This document shows positions 46,519-56,829 of a DNA stretch of 64,000 nucleotides, piece after piece; position 1 is the first letter of the stretch; every line of letters begins with the position of its first letter. The notes under the pieces were generated by a model. It ran no database searches, was not told where the DNA came from, and saw only the letters and a list, made by a program, of their open reading frames with translations. The DNA lies in the NCBI GenBank assembly GCA_009995365.1, contig JAACPR010000003.1, positions 405 through 64,404 of the forward strand, given 5' to 3'. The translations under genes were made by a program, and so were the position numbers. The stretch comes from Candidatus Parcubacteria bacterium. GTDB lineage: Bacteria > Patescibacteriota > Minisyncoccia > Phycocordibacterales > JAACPR01.

Positions 46519-47034
46519 ATGAAAAATATTGTAAATAAAATACTTGTCTTTATCGATAATGTTCTTAATCTTTTTCTAAAGATTTTTATGGTGAATAGAT
46601 TTCAGAGGCTTATCTTTAGACTTAAGATCTATAAAAATATAAGTAAAAATCTATATGAAATAGTTTGGGATCAAGTAGTTAATTATTTAAACTTTTGTCA
46701 TCATCAATTTGAATTTACAATCGAAAATGATGAAAATAGGATTAATTTTAAAACTATAGATTTATCTAAATTTTCAAATAATAAAGGATGGAAAATTTCT
46801 TTTATTAATCTCAAGAAGACACCTGAGAGAAGGCGTATTTTAATGACCTTTGCAAAGGATGGTATTGAGAAATTCAAAGAAGACATCGGGTATTGTGTTG
46901 GTGGAAAAAATATTTTTGTAAAAAAAGATGATCCGCTGTCACGATTTACTGTGAAATCTATTATCGATTTAATTTCTATGATAGAAGATGATTCTCCTGA
47001 TTACAGAATTAGAAAATTAGAAATGGAGGCTTGA
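46519..47034 (+). CDS. Hypothetical protein, first gene of a two-gene operon of unknown function
   Basis: Strong ribosome-binding site AGGAGGT. Stop and start overlap with the next ORF. Confidence 0.45.
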   Translation: MKNIVNKILVFIDNVLNLFLKIFMVNRFQRLIFRLKIYKNISKNLYEIVWDQVVNYLNFCHHQFEFTIENDENRINFKTIDLSKFSNNKGWKISFINLKKTPERRRILMTFAKDGIEKFKEDIGYCVGGKNIFVKKDDPLSRFTVKSIIDLISMIEDDSPDYRIRKLEMEA

Positions 47035-47035
47035 T

Positions 47036-47500
47036 TTGGAAACAGAACATGCAAAATTTATTTACCTAGTTCAAGATCTTGGTGATAAAAAACTTACTGG
47101 GAAAAAAGAAAATCTATCTAAATATTATAAAAAGGTAGATGATTTTTTTCAGCTTTTATTTCAAGTTTCAACTGAATTTGAATGGAAAAGGAGATTTGAG
47201 AGACAAGAGAGAAAGTGCGACATTGATACTGAAACAGAAACTTTCTTTACTTTTATTGGTTCAAGACGGCTTGAAGTCGTTGCAATAAAAGATATTAAGC
47301 CAGATTTAACCGAAGTCCTGAGAATCAGGATTTTGGTTAGAGACATGGCGATAACTGTTTTATTTAGTTTATGTTGCACTTATGATTTTGAGCATATCGC
47401 TTATGTTCCTAGAATCAATAGTTCTTTAACTTCTCGATACAGATTTTCTTTCTTTAAACTCTATGAGTATTTGAAAGAAAATACTACAAAGGCGCAATAG
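47036..47500 (+). CDS. Hypothetical protein, second gene of the two-gene operon
   Basis: Translationally coupled (TGATTTGGAAACAGAACATG). Terminator GGCGCaatagCGCC followed by T7 at its end. Confidence 0.45.
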   Translation: METEHAKFIYLVQDLGDKKLTGKKENLSKYYKKVDDFFQLLFQVSTEFEWKRRFERQERKCDIDTETETFFTFIGSRRLEVVAIKDIKPDLTEVLRIRILVRDMAITVLFSLCCTYDFEHIAYVPRINSSLTSRYRFSFFKLYEYLKENTTKAQ

Positions 47501-47538
47501 CGCCTTTTTTTCTTTGACTTTTTTACTTATAAAATTTG

Positions 47539-47612
47539 TGCACCCAGCAGGACTCGAACCTGCGACCGCGGAGATATAAGCTCCGTGCTACTACCAACTG
47601 AGCTATGGGTGC
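47539..47612 (-). tRNA. tRNA with anticodon UAU (reads AUA, presumptive tRNA-Ile)
   Basis: Cloverleaf: acceptor GCACCCA/TGGGTGC, T-arm GCAGG-TTCGAGT-CCTGC, anticodon stem CGGAG/CTCCG with loop CUUAUAU. No encoded CCA. Confidence 0.75.
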
Positions 47613-47728
47613 TGTAGTTTTTTTGCGAACCGATTTTAAAAAACATTCGCCTAGATGAAATACTAATCTGAAATGGAATAAAAATCAATTCTTAATTTTG
47701 TAAAAATGTGGCAATATTTTTACAAAAT

Positions 47729-49933
47729 TTATTCAAAATGTATTTCTCTTTTGTTTTTAAGTTTATTTTGTAGAGTAGGGTATTTATCAAGAGGTTTTTT
47801 CTTTTTAAATTCTTTCTTAATTAACTTGCCCGCTTCATCTCTAGCGGCCTCAACCATTTTGATATTTTTGATAGCTTCCATACCTAAATCGCTGATACCC
47901 CACTGTTTGTTGCCAGAGAGCTCACCAGAGCCACGCAATTGTAGATCATGTTCTGATAGCTCAAAGCCATTTTTTGAGGTTTTAAGAGCTAATAGGCGGT
48001 CGATAGTTTTCTGGGTATTTGATTCCGTGAAAATATAACAATACGCCTGATGATTACTACGAATAACACGACCTCTCAATTGGTGAAGTTGCGCCAAGCC
48101 AAACCTTTCGGCGCCTTCGATGATAATCATTGTGGCATTTGGAACATTGACTCCGACTTCGATAACAGAAGTAGAAACTAAGATATCTATTTTCCCATCT
48201 TCAAATTCTTTCATTACAGAATCTTTCTCTGTCGGCTTCATTTTCCCATGGATTATCCCGATTTTGAATTCTGGAAAAATCTTTTCTTGGAGATACTTCG
48301 CCTCTGTTTTGACGGACTTAACATTTAGGGTGTTTTGCTTGTCAGGATCTGGCTCATCAATGCGAGGACAAATCACATAAGCTTGTCGACCGTTATTAAT
48401 TTCTTTTCGAATGTTGTCGTATGTTTTCTCTCTTTCATTTTTTAAAACTATATCAGTGATAACCGGCTTTCTCCCAAGAGGCATTTGATCAATCAAGGTC
48501 AAATCGAGGTCTCCGTAAATTGTCAGAGCAAGAGTTCGAGGAATTGGAGTAGCGGTCATAGAAAGCAGGTGTGGTGCAAAATTATCTTTTTTGGCAAGTT
48601 TTTTCCTTTGTTCTGTCCCAAAGCGATGTTGCTCGTCGATTATGACAAGCGCCAAATTTTTAAACTTAACAGTTTTTTGAATCAGAGAATGAGTTCCAAT
48701 TAGAATTGGAATTTGCCCGTCTTCAATCCATTTCAATAATTGTGCACGAGAAATTTTAGTAGCCTCGGTCGGGGAGACTTTTGAAGGAAATTTGTAGCAG
48801 CCAGAGCTTGTCATTAAACCGATTTGAACACCGGTGTATTCAAAATATTTAACAAAGTTTTCGAAATGTTGTTTAGCTAAAATTTCTGTTGGTACCATAT
48901 AAGCCGTCTGGAGTTTGCCATGTTTATGGTCCTTTGGGTTGGTTTTTGTTACCGCATAAACTGCAGACGCAGCAACGGCAGTTTTTCCAGAACCCACGTC
49001 TCCTTCGAGCAGGCGAGACATTGGTTCGGGAGTTTGGATATCTTTTAAAATCGCATCAACGGCTTCTTGTTGTGAATCAGTCAGTTGAAAAGGAAATCGG
49101 CCGATAAAATCATTAATTGATTCTTTGGCGTCGCTGATAATGTATGAATCCAGTTTTTTAGCTTGTTGTCTTTGAATTTGTTTTTTAAGTTGAATGTAGA
49201 AAATTTCCTCAAAGGCGAATCTTTTTCTAGCAGACAAGGCATCTCTCTCTTTTCTGGGGGAATGAATCCAAATCAATGCAGTTTTTAGATGTGGCAAGTG
49301 ATACTTTTCCAATATTTCTTCTGGGATTGGATCCTTCAAATTTTCAAATAAATTTTCTTCACCACTAGAGCCTTTGATAATTTTTTGAATTGTGTGGTAA
49401 ATCCAATTTGAACTAATACCTTTTGATTCTTTGTAAACAGGGGAAAGAAAATCATCATCAATCTCTGATGAGAAAAGCGAATCAGAAGAGCCGACCTGAA
49501 TAGAATCAACCTTTTCAATTTTAGGATTATTGATGGTTATGTTGCCAGATTTTGTTTCGCCAATTTCACCAGTGACGCAAACTAGATCTTCTGGTGAAAA
49601 CATTTTGGCGATATAGGGTTGGTTAAACCAAATAGCTTTGATTTTTCCTGTGTCGTCCTCGATGATTGCTTCTGAGATTGCGACTTTGCTGTGGTAAGTT
49701 TTTTTGAGGTCGATTTTTTGAATTTTTCCGTAAACAGTTGCACCGGTTTTTGGAACTAGATTTTTAATTTTAACAACATCAAATTTTTCTCCGTAGCGTG
49801 TAGGGAAATGATAGAGTAAGTCTTCGATAGTTTCTATTTTTAGCCGCTCGAGTGCCTTTCTTTGCGATTCTGCGGTGCGAAATTTCTCTGTTACTTTGTC
49901 AGTTAGTTTCATAACATGATTATAGCATTTCAT
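47729..49933 (-). CDS. recG: ATP-dependent DNA helicase RecG. The likely start is MKLTDKV at 49912.
   Basis: N-terminal wedge/OB domain, helicase motifs GDVGSGKT and DEQHRFG, and a C-terminal helicase domain. Confidence 0.9.
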   Translation of the reverse strand: MKCYNHVMKLTDKVTEKFRTAESQRKALERLKIETIEDLLYHFPTRYGEKFDVVKIKNLVPKTGATVYGKIQKIDLKKTYHSKVAISEAIIEDDTGKIKAIWFNQPYIAKMFSPEDLVCVTGEIGETKSGNITINNPKIEKVDSIQVGSSDSLFSSEIDDDFLSPVYKESKGISSNWIYHTIQKIIKGSSGEENLFENLKDPIPEEILEKYHLPHLKTALIWIHSPRKERDALSARKRFAFEEIFYIQLKKQIQRQQAKKLDSYIISDAKESINDFIGRFPFQLTDSQQEAVDAILKDIQTPEPMSRLLEGDVGSGKTAVAASAVYAVTKTNPKDHKHGKLQTAYMVPTEILAKQHFENFVKYFEYTGVQIGLMTSSGCYKFPSKVSPTEATKISRAQLLKWIEDGQIPILIGTHSLIQKTVKFKNLALVIIDEQHRFGTEQRKKLAKKDNFAPHLLSMTATPIPRTLALTIYGDLDLTLIDQMPLGRKPVITDIVLKNEREKTYDNIRKEINNGRQAYVICPRIDEPDPDKQNTLNVKSVKTEAKYLQEKIFPEFKIGIIHGKMKPTEKDSVMKEFEDGKIDILVSTSVIEVGVNVPNATMIIIEGAERFGLAQLHQLRGRVIRSNHQAYCYIFTESNTQKTIDRLLALKTSKNGFELSEHDLQLRGSGELSGNKQWGISDLGMEAIKNIKMVEAARDEAGKLIKKEFKKKKPLDKYPTLQNKLKNKREIHFE

Positions 49934-50029
49934 TAATCTTGCACAGAATTAGTTGATTTATATTAAAAATTGACTAATATCAAATATAGACTAATTCTGG
50001 TCTTTTTAATTTAAAAAGAAAGGAAATCA

Positions 50030-50749
50030 ATGAAAATACTATTATTTGGATGCGGGCCGATGGCTGATGCTGTGGCTGATTTATGCTCTAAAAAAGAAGT
50101 TACCTGTATCAGAAATTTCTTTGATAAAGAAAATCATGATTCAGTCAATGTTCATGATACGGTCGCTATTTATTTTGGTAGCGGACGTGAACTTCCTAGA
50201 CTTATTGAATTTTCTCAAAAGTCTAAGATACCGATTATTCAAGGTTCCAGTTACCCTGACGCTATTAAACACATGAACGAAGCAAAAGGGGTTGCAATTG
50301 TGCATGCTCCGAATCTTTCGATTCCTGTTGTAAAGTTTATGTCGTTGTTTCGTGAACAGGTAAAAGTTTTGAGTGATTTCATGGATCTATCAATCTTGGA
50401 ATCACATCAAAAAGCTAAAAAGGATGTTTCCAAAACCGCTCGGGAAATGGCCGATATGGCTGGACTGAATCATGAATACATCGAATCAATTCGTGATCCT
50501 GAAGAGCAAGTCGAATTGCTCGGTGTTCCAAAAGAGCATCTGGGCGGACACGCCTACCACTTCTTCAATTTTGAAGGAATGGGGGTCAAGATTCAGACTT
50601 CAATCATGATTCATGGTCGAGAAACTTACGCTCTCGGGTCGTTATTGTTAGCTGCCGGGCTTCTCGAAAGAGGAATCTTGCTAGATTTTCAAGATGGCCC
50701 TGTAAAGTTTGTAGATATTCCTGATTCATTTTATTTGAATCGTGGATAA
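50030..50749 (+). CDS. DapB (4-hydroxy-tetrahydrodipicolinate reductase)-family oxidoreductase
   Basis: N-terminal Rossmann fold MKILLFGCGPMA. ESHQKAKKDVSKTA resembles the DapB signature E.HH..K.DAPSGTA. Confidence 0.55.
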   Translation: MKILLFGCGPMADAVADLCSKKEVTCIRNFFDKENHDSVNVHDTVAIYFGSGRELPRLIEFSQKSKIPIIQGSSYPDAIKHMNEAKGVAIVHAPNLSIPVVKFMSLFREQVKVLSDFMDLSILESHQKAKKDVSKTAREMADMAGLNHEYIESIRDPEEQVELLGVPKEHLGGHAYHFFNFEGMGVKIQTSIMIHGRETYALGSLLLAAGLLERGILLDFQDGPVKFVDIPDSFYLNRG

Positions 50750-50771
50750 TCAAAAAAACTTTTCTTTAAAC

Positions 50772-50803
50772 AAAATCGCGCATTTCGGTGCGCGATTTTT
50801 TGT
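50772..50803. terminator. Hairpin terminator (AATCGCGCAtttcggTGCGCGATT followed by T6)
   Basis: Perfect GC-rich stem between convergent genes. Confidence 0.55.
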
Positions 50804-50831
50804 ATATTTTCTCTTGCTAGTATAATTAATT

Positions 50832-51440
50832 CTATTTATTTTTCAGAATTTCAGTTGCTGGTATAAGCAGATTAGAAGTATCAACACTAGATATTTTTTG
50901 CGCCGGTATTCCTGCTATGGCGATATTTTCCTCATCAAAAGATTTATTTACCACTGAATTTGCACCGATTGCTATACCGTTAGCAATTGATATATCTCCA
51001 TACATTTTTACTCCTGGTCCGATGTAACAATTATCGCCAATAATTGGTGCTCGGTCTTTGTATCCTGCTTCGGTTCCAATATTTACACATGTGTGCAATC
51101 TGCAATTCGATCCAATTTTTGTGCCTTCATTTATTATAATAGTTCCGTAGTGAGCAATAGACAAGCCAGGGCCAATTGTATTAGTTGGAATTGTAAAACC
51201 TAATTTAAGCGACAACCTCTTGAATCTTTTATAGGTAATAAATTTTTGTATAAGTGATATTTTTCCTTTTTTACAATTTTTATAATATTCTAGTTTTCTT
51301 AAAGTCTTTTGAAATTCCCAAACATGATTAGGTAAGAAAAAATCTTTTAATGCAGACTTAATACCGGACTTTTTTGGAAGTGCATTAGCAATCCTATCCG
51401 CCTCTAAATAATATTTGTAATCTTCTTTGGAATTTATCAT
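50832..51440 (-). CDS. Hexapeptide-repeat (left-handed beta-helix) acyl/acetyltransferase
   Basis: GDNCYIGPGVKMYGDISIANGIAIGANSVV hexapeptide repeats. Confidence 0.7.
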   Translation of the reverse strand: MINSKEDYKYYLEADRIANALPKKSGIKSALKDFFLPNHVWEFQKTLRKLEYYKNCKKGKISLIQKFITYKRFKRLSLKLGFTIPTNTIGPGLSIAHYGTIIINEGTKIGSNCRLHTCVNIGTEAGYKDRAPIIGDNCYIGPGVKMYGDISIANGIAIGANSVVNKSFDEENIAIAGIPAQKISSVDTSNLLIPATEILKNK

Positions 51441-51557
51441 GTCTATATTTTAACTTAAATTAATCAATTCAAAAGCGCTCTAATTTTTTAACTTAAGTCC
51501 AATTATTAAATTTGCAAAAAAACGCAGAAGAAATAATATAATGATTGGATTATAAAA

Positions 51558-53096
51558 ATGATACAAATCAAAAATATCTCAAAAGAATACGGAACAAAAG
51601 AAGTTTTCTCAGGTATTTCATTCACAATCGACAAAAGAGAGAAGATTGCACTGGTTGGTAGAAACGGATCAGGGAAGACAACTCTTATGAAAATTATAGC
51701 TGGAATTGAAGAACAGGATTCCGGCGATGTTTCTATTCCTAAAAATATTAAATTAGCATACTCATCTCAAGTTATAGAACTAAAAAATAAAAATCAAAAA
51801 ACTATAGATTATATAAAAGAAAACATAAATGATGTTCAAGAAAATGAAATATATAAGCTCATTAAGATATTTAAATTGGAAGACAATATTTTAAATTTTT
51901 CTCTTTCAAAATTGAGCGGTGGCCAAAAAACAAAAGTTTCACTATTAAAGATTCTCTTGAGTGATACCGATTTCATTTTAATGGATGAACCAACAAACAA
52001 TTTAGATTTAGATTCGTTAATATGTTTAGAAAATTTTGTTAAGAAAAGTAATGCTGGCTTTCTAATAATTTCACACGATAGAAGATTTTTAGATAATACA
52101 GTTTCAAAAGTTATGGAATTAAAAGACGGGGAAATAAATATAGAAAAAGGTTCATATAGTGATTACTTGAAAAGATCGGAAGAAAAAATAAATCGACATA
52201 AATTAGAATATGAATCTCAACAGGAAAAAATAGAAGAACTTCAAAATACAGCAGATCAGAAAAAAGTTGATGCAACAAAGGGCGCTAAATACGCAGGAAC
52301 AGATAATGATAAAATGCTGAGAAATTTTAAAAGAGAACAGTCAAAAGGATCTGCAAAAGAAGCAAAGAGAATTGAGAAAAGAATTGATAAAATGGATTTG
52401 GTTGATGAGCCAGAAAAACAGTCTAGTTTAAAAATAGAAATAGATAGTAGCGATTATAATGGAAATAATTCTATAGTCGCTAGAGATTTATTTGTTGGGT
52501 ATGAAGATTTCAAAGCTGGACCTTTTAATTTTGATATTAATTTTGGAGATAAAATCTGTTTTATAGGAGATAATGGAACAGGAAAAACGACATTACTTAG
52601 AACAATTATAGGTGAGATAAAGCCAGTCGAAGGTGAAATTAATGTTGGCTCTAAAATTAAGTTTGGGAACTTGACTCAAGAACATGAAAACTTACCAGGT
52701 GATAAAACTTTATTTGATTTTATTAAAGAAAAAACTGACAAAGATGACAGCTTGATTTTCAATGTTTTAAAAAAGTTTAATTTTTCTGAAGATCAGATTA
52801 AAAAGAAAATCGAAACTTTAAGTCCGGGAGAGAAAACTAGGTTATTGCTAGCTTTGTTTACCGAGCAATCTGTAAATACATTGATTTTGGATGAGCCATC
52901 TAACCATTTAGATTTAGAAGCGTTGTCTGCGGTAGAAGAAGCCGTGATTAATTATGAAGGGACAGTAATAATTGTTTCTCATGATAGATATTTAATTGAG
53001 AAGATTAATCCAGAAAATATTTACAAAGTTTCAAAAAGCGGATTGAGTAGGGTTTTAGATTATCAGGGATATATTAACGATTTGAAAATAATTTAA
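51558..53096 (+). CDS. ABC-F family ATPase (two tandem ABC domains, no transmembrane region)
   Basis: Two Walker A sites (GRNGSGKTT, GDNGTGKTT) and two LSGG signatures. Confidence 0.85.
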   Translation: MIQIKNISKEYGTKEVFSGISFTIDKREKIALVGRNGSGKTTLMKIIAGIEEQDSGDVSIPKNIKLAYSSQVIELKNKNQKTIDYIKENINDVQENEIYKLIKIFKLEDNILNFSLSKLSGGQKTKVSLLKILLSDTDFILMDEPTNNLDLDSLICLENFVKKSNAGFLIISHDRRFLDNTVSKVMELKDGEINIEKGSYSDYLKRSEEKINRHKLEYESQQEKIEELQNTADQKKVDATKGAKYAGTDNDKMLRNFKREQSKGSAKEAKRIEKRIDKMDLVDEPEKQSSLKIEIDSSDYNGNNSIVARDLFVGYEDFKAGPFNFDINFGDKICFIGDNGTGKTTLLRTIIGEIKPVEGEINVGSKIKFGNLTQEHENLPGDKTLFDFIKEKTDKDDSLIFNVLKKFNFSEDQIKKKIETLSPGEKTRLLLALFTEQSVNTLILDEPSNHLDLEALSAVEEAVINYEGTVIIVSHDRYLIEKINPENIYKVSKSGLSRVLDYQGYINDLKII

Positions 53097-53275
53097 AATA
53101 TATTTTTTTATATTTGAGTGGTTAGGGTCACTCCGATATTAAATTTTCACTGCGGTGTACTCGGGTATGGTACCCCACACTCCAAGCCTTGTAAGGGTAT
53201 TTTAGCATATTTCTGAAAGTGAAAATAAGGTTTGTGGGTCGGGAGTATATTTTTGTAAATGCTACAAATGAGACA

Positions 53276-54025
53276 CTAAAGAGGCTTCCCAGACACTGTC
53301 TCATTTACATCAAATTTCATTACAGTCATACGCTCAAGCTTTGTGCCTGCTTCTGGCAAGGCTTCTCTACGCTCCATATCAAAGATGAATCGTACGAACA
53401 GGTATACAAAGTCGAATGCCATAAACTCTCTCCCTTGCTCGTCCTTGAGCGGATAATAGCTGACTCGTGGGTTTTCTGATTTTTCGTTACTGCCCATGAG
53501 TATATAACCACTGAAATCTTTTTTACCGAGGATAATATCTCGCACCTCATCAAACCGTGGCGACAGGACAAAATCTCGTCCGTGATCAAGACACACTAAT
53601 TCATACCCAATTTTATACAAAGACCTCGCAAGAAGTTTTAATCGTTTCGCATCCATTTTTCTTGTACCACGAAAATCTAGTTTGAAACCTGTATCACTTT
53701 GATCTCGTACATGCTTCATAGTTTGAAGATGTATTTGGACGTGATCCTTGTCAGGGTTTTCTATTTTTAGATTTGGGAAATTGGCGACAGGAACTTTCCC
53801 TGATTTGCTTTCAATGCCATTCATGGTTCTCATGAATTTAATTCCCTCAAAATCAAGAAGTTCTGCATCAAGTTTTGATAATGTCTCGTTATTACAAGTA
53901 TCACAAACAAATCCTTTATCTAAAATCTTCTCTTTGTTACCGAGTGATTCAGGAAAAATATGCTCAACACTATTGAATGAGTTGGTTGTGCTTTTACAAA
54001 AGATACATTCTTGAATCGTTCCCAT
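53276..54025 (-). CDS. HNH endonuclease family protein
   Basis: CIFCKS...VEHIFPESLGN...CDTCNN (His-Me finger with zinc ligands). Confidence 0.7.
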   Translation of the reverse strand: MGTIQECIFCKSTTNSFNSVEHIFPESLGNKEKILDKGFVCDTCNNETLSKLDAELLDFEGIKFMRTMNGIESKSGKVPVANFPNLKIENPDKDHVQIHLQTMKHVRDQSDTGFKLDFRGTRKMDAKRLKLLARSLYKIGYELVCLDHGRDFVLSPRFDEVRDIILGKKDFSGYILMGSNEKSENPRVSYYPLKDEQGREFMAFDFVYLFVRFIFDMERREALPEAGTKLERMTVMKFDVNETVSGKPL

Positions 54026-54057
54026 ACGTACATTATATCTCGTATTTAAGGTAAAAT

Positions 54058-54669
54058 ATGCATATGAAGCGTAAGAAGCCAGAATTCATATATCCATTTA
54101 AAGACAAGGAACATGAGGAGTCATGTAAATTTATTGATATACGAAGAATGAATATGGTTTCTGACCGTAACTCAAAAGTTGAGCTTACCGAAACGGTATA
54201 CACTGGCGGATATCGAAAGGTTGAGTTGAAAGAAACAATCTACATCAAAAAAGGTAACGGTCAAAAACTTGGAGAATTACTTTACCTGCGACCCTACGAC
54301 CAGATGCGTATAAAAAAGTTAATTGATTTTGTGGTGTACATAAACAAGGATGGTGAAATGTTCCTAACGAGAAAAGATTACGCAAAAGAACCTCTCGATT
54401 TCACACCTGACCAACGAGCAATCATTAGATTATTTTACGAAAGAAAAAATGTAACTCTTGAAGATGCAGTATCTATTTTAGGGACTTACAAAAATACAGA
54501 GTCGCTAAGAGTAACCATACGAAAAATAAATCGTCGTGTTGTTGGACATTTTAAACTTACCGAACGAGATGAATTTATTAAAGGAGATTTTGATAGAAAA
54601 AGAAAAGGATACGCTTTCAACCCAGACATTAGACTTGAATTCATAGACGACAGAGTGCTCGGCGAATAA
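54058..54669 (+). CDS. Hypothetical protein, divergent from the HNH gene
   Basis: ORF of 203 aa with a downstream terminator. Confidence 0.4.
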   Translation: MHMKRKKPEFIYPFKDKEHEESCKFIDIRRMNMVSDRNSKVELTETVYTGGYRKVELKETIYIKKGNGQKLGELLYLRPYDQMRIKKLIDFVVYINKDGEMFLTRKDYAKEPLDFTPDQRAIIRLFYERKNVTLEDAVSILGTYKNTESLRVTIRKINRRVVGHFKLTERDEFIKGDFDRKRKGYAFNPDIRLEFIDDRVLGE

Positions 54670-54693
54670 GTGGAGTGGAAAAGTTTATAAAAA

Positions 54694-54716
54694 AGCCCGC
54701 AAATACGGGCTTTTTT
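54694..54716 (+). terminator. Rho-independent terminator (AGCCCGcaaataCGGGCT followed by T6)
   Basis: Canonical hairpin plus U-tract. Confidence 0.6.
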
Positions 54717-54773
54717 AGTATTTATATCCCTCAAAGTTACAGATTACAGCTTCTTTTTTAAGATCTATGCTCA

Positions 54774-56096
54774 ATGCAGATATACACATATCTACATTAT
54801 CAACTAACCAATATAACTATGAGTAAAAAATTAGTTTGGCATACGGAGAAACGTAAAGTGAAGGATTTGATTCGATACGAAAAGAATCCTCGAATACTAT
54901 CCCCGACACAACTTGAAGGACTCAAGCGGAGTCTTAAAAAGTTTGATCTGGCAGAATTGCCCTGCATCAACACAGATGGCACTTTAGTCGCTGGTAACCA
55001 GCGAGTGATGGTTCTGTCTCTTCTTGGTCGAGAGGATGAGGAGATTGAAGTGAGAGTCCCAAATAGACCACTTTCGGAAAAGGAATTTAAAGACTACCTA
55101 CTTACCTCAAATCGAAGTGGTGCATCTTGGGATTTTGAAAAACTTGCAAGAGATTTTGATCTCGATGAACTCCTTACTGCGGGTTTTGATTCATTTGATC
55201 TTTCAAATATTTTTGATGACAACCTCGAAGTAGATGACGATGATATTGATCTTGAAAAAGAACTCAAAGAAGCTCAAAAAACAGACATAAAATTGGGTGA
55301 CAAATTTTCACTCGGCAATCACGTTTTAATCTGTGGAGATAGTACTAAAAAAGAAACGGTTACTGAGCTAGTAGGTTCTGAGCGGATAGATCTAATCAAT
55401 ATAGATTTTCCATACAACATAGGCGTAGATTACTCGGCAGGATTAGGGGGTAAGCAAAATTACGGAGGAACTATTAATGATAAAAAATCAGATGCTGAAT
55501 ATAAGGAGTTTCTTGCAAGCATCTTAAAAAATGCACTAGAGATATCGAAGAACGACTGCCACGCTTTTGCATGGCTTGATGAAAAATATCTTGGAACGAT
55601 GCAAGATGTTTTCAAGACGGTCGGTATTGATTTCAAACGACTTTGCCTATGGGCAAAATCACAGCATAACCCAACTCCAAAAATTGCCTTTAATCGTGCT
55701 GTGGAACTATGTATGTATGGCGTGCGAGGAAAGCCTTATCTTTCCGACAAGATAAAGAATCTCACTGAGTTTCAAAACAAAGAGATATCTTCAGGAAATA
55801 GACTGATTGAAGATGTGTTGGACATGTTCCAGATATGGCTTGTGAAAAGATTACCGAGTTCCCAATACCTTCACCCTACTATGAAGCCTCCGACCCTATA
55901 CGAAAAAAGTATCAGGCGATGCAGTAAGCCCGGCGATGCAATTCTTGACCTGACAGCAGGGTCAGGGAGTCTTCTCGTGGCTTGTGAATCCCTCAAACGT
56001 CGAGCATTCCTTGCAGAGATCGAGCCAGTTTTTTGTCAGGTAATTATTAATAGATTTAAGAATATATCCGATGAAAAAGTCACCAAACTCAATTAA
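54774..56096 (+). CDS. ParB-like nuclease domain fused to a beta-class N6-adenine/N4-cytosine DNA methyltransferase
   Basis: N-terminal ParB/Srx-like (YEKNPRILSP...LVAGNQRV). Motif IV-like DFPY and motif I ILDLTAGSGSLLVACESLKR in beta-class order. Confidence 0.65.
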   Translation: MQIYTYLHYQLTNITMSKKLVWHTEKRKVKDLIRYEKNPRILSPTQLEGLKRSLKKFDLAELPCINTDGTLVAGNQRVMVLSLLGREDEEIEVRVPNRPLSEKEFKDYLLTSNRSGASWDFEKLARDFDLDELLTAGFDSFDLSNIFDDNLEVDDDDIDLEKELKEAQKTDIKLGDKFSLGNHVLICGDSTKKETVTELVGSERIDLINIDFPYNIGVDYSAGLGGKQNYGGTINDKKSDAEYKEFLASILKNALEISKNDCHAFAWLDEKYLGTMQDVFKTVGIDFKRLCLWAKSQHNPTPKIAFNRAVELCMYGVRGKPYLSDKIKNLTEFQNKEISSGNRLIEDVLDMFQIWLVKRLPSSQYLHPTMKPPTLYEKSIRRCSKPGDAILDLTAGSGSLLVACESLKRRAFLAEIEPVFCQVIINRFKNISDEKVTKLN

Positions 56097-56829
56097 ATAC
56101 GGGGATACATTTCAATTAGGATCGCACCTCTTGTTATGTGCAGACTCTCGCAACAAAGACATGGTCGCAAAGCTTGTTGGCAAGCATAAGATAAAGGCAG
56201 TGATATCAGACCCTCCCTACGGAGTGGCAGTAACTGAAAGCAAAGAAGGATTCAAAACACTCGCCAAGAATAAGCCAATCTTAAATGACCACCTACAAAG
56301 TGATCAGGAGTATAAAACTTTTTCTCGTGACTGGGTTGAAGCAATTCGACCACATCTTGATCGTAAGAATAGTTTTTATATCTTCAATTCAGACAAGATG
56401 ATATTTGCTCTTCGTGACGGAATGCACGATGCAGGATTAAAATTTGCACAACTACTTATCTGGGTAAAAACACATGCTGTTATTGGTCGAATGGATTACG
56501 CACCACAACACGAACTTATTGCTTATGGGTGGCATGGGACACATGAGTTCTTGAAATCAAAAGACAAGAGTGTTTTAGTCTGCCCAAGACCAAACAAAAG
56601 CAAGATGCACCCTTCGACAAAGCCGATTGAGCTTATTCGTAGACTCGTACTAAACAGCACCCGAATCGGAGATGTGGTGTTTGATGGATTTCTTGGATCA
56701 GGCACGACACTACTAGCATGTGAGCAAACAAAGCGTATGTGCATCGGAGTCGAGATGGATACTGAGTACTGTCAAACAATCATTGATCGTTTTGAAAAAC
56801 TCACCAACATCAAAGCGAAAAAACTATGA
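56071..56829 (+). CDS. DNA methyltransferase (beta-class N6A/N4C), paralog of the C-terminal half of the preceding gene
   Basis: DPPYG (motif IV) then FDGFLGSGTTLLACEQTKR (motif I). Its N-terminus IKYGDTFQLGSHLLLCADS parallels IKLGDKFSLGNHVLICGDS of the ParB-MTase. Confidence 0.75.
   Translation: MKKSPNSIKYGDTFQLGSHLLLCADSRNKDMVAKLVGKHKIKAVISDPPYGVAVTESKEGFKTLAKNKPILNDHLQSDQEYKTFSRDWVEAIRPHLDRKNSFYIFNSDKMIFALRDGMHDAGLKFAQLLIWVKTHAVIGRMDYAPQHELIAYGWHGTHEFLKSKDKSVLVCPRPNKSKMHPSTKPIELIRRLVLNSTRIGDVVFDGFLGSGTTLLACEQTKRMCIGVEMDTEYCQTIIDRFEKLTNIKAKKL

Noticed and set aside
53100-53275. Possible ncRNA or terminator in the GC-richer stretch after the ABC-F gene (gggtatggtacccc..., tgagaca...tgtctca)
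   Set aside because: The hairpins are short and overlap the 3' end of the convergent HNH gene, so there is insufficient evidence for a distinct element.
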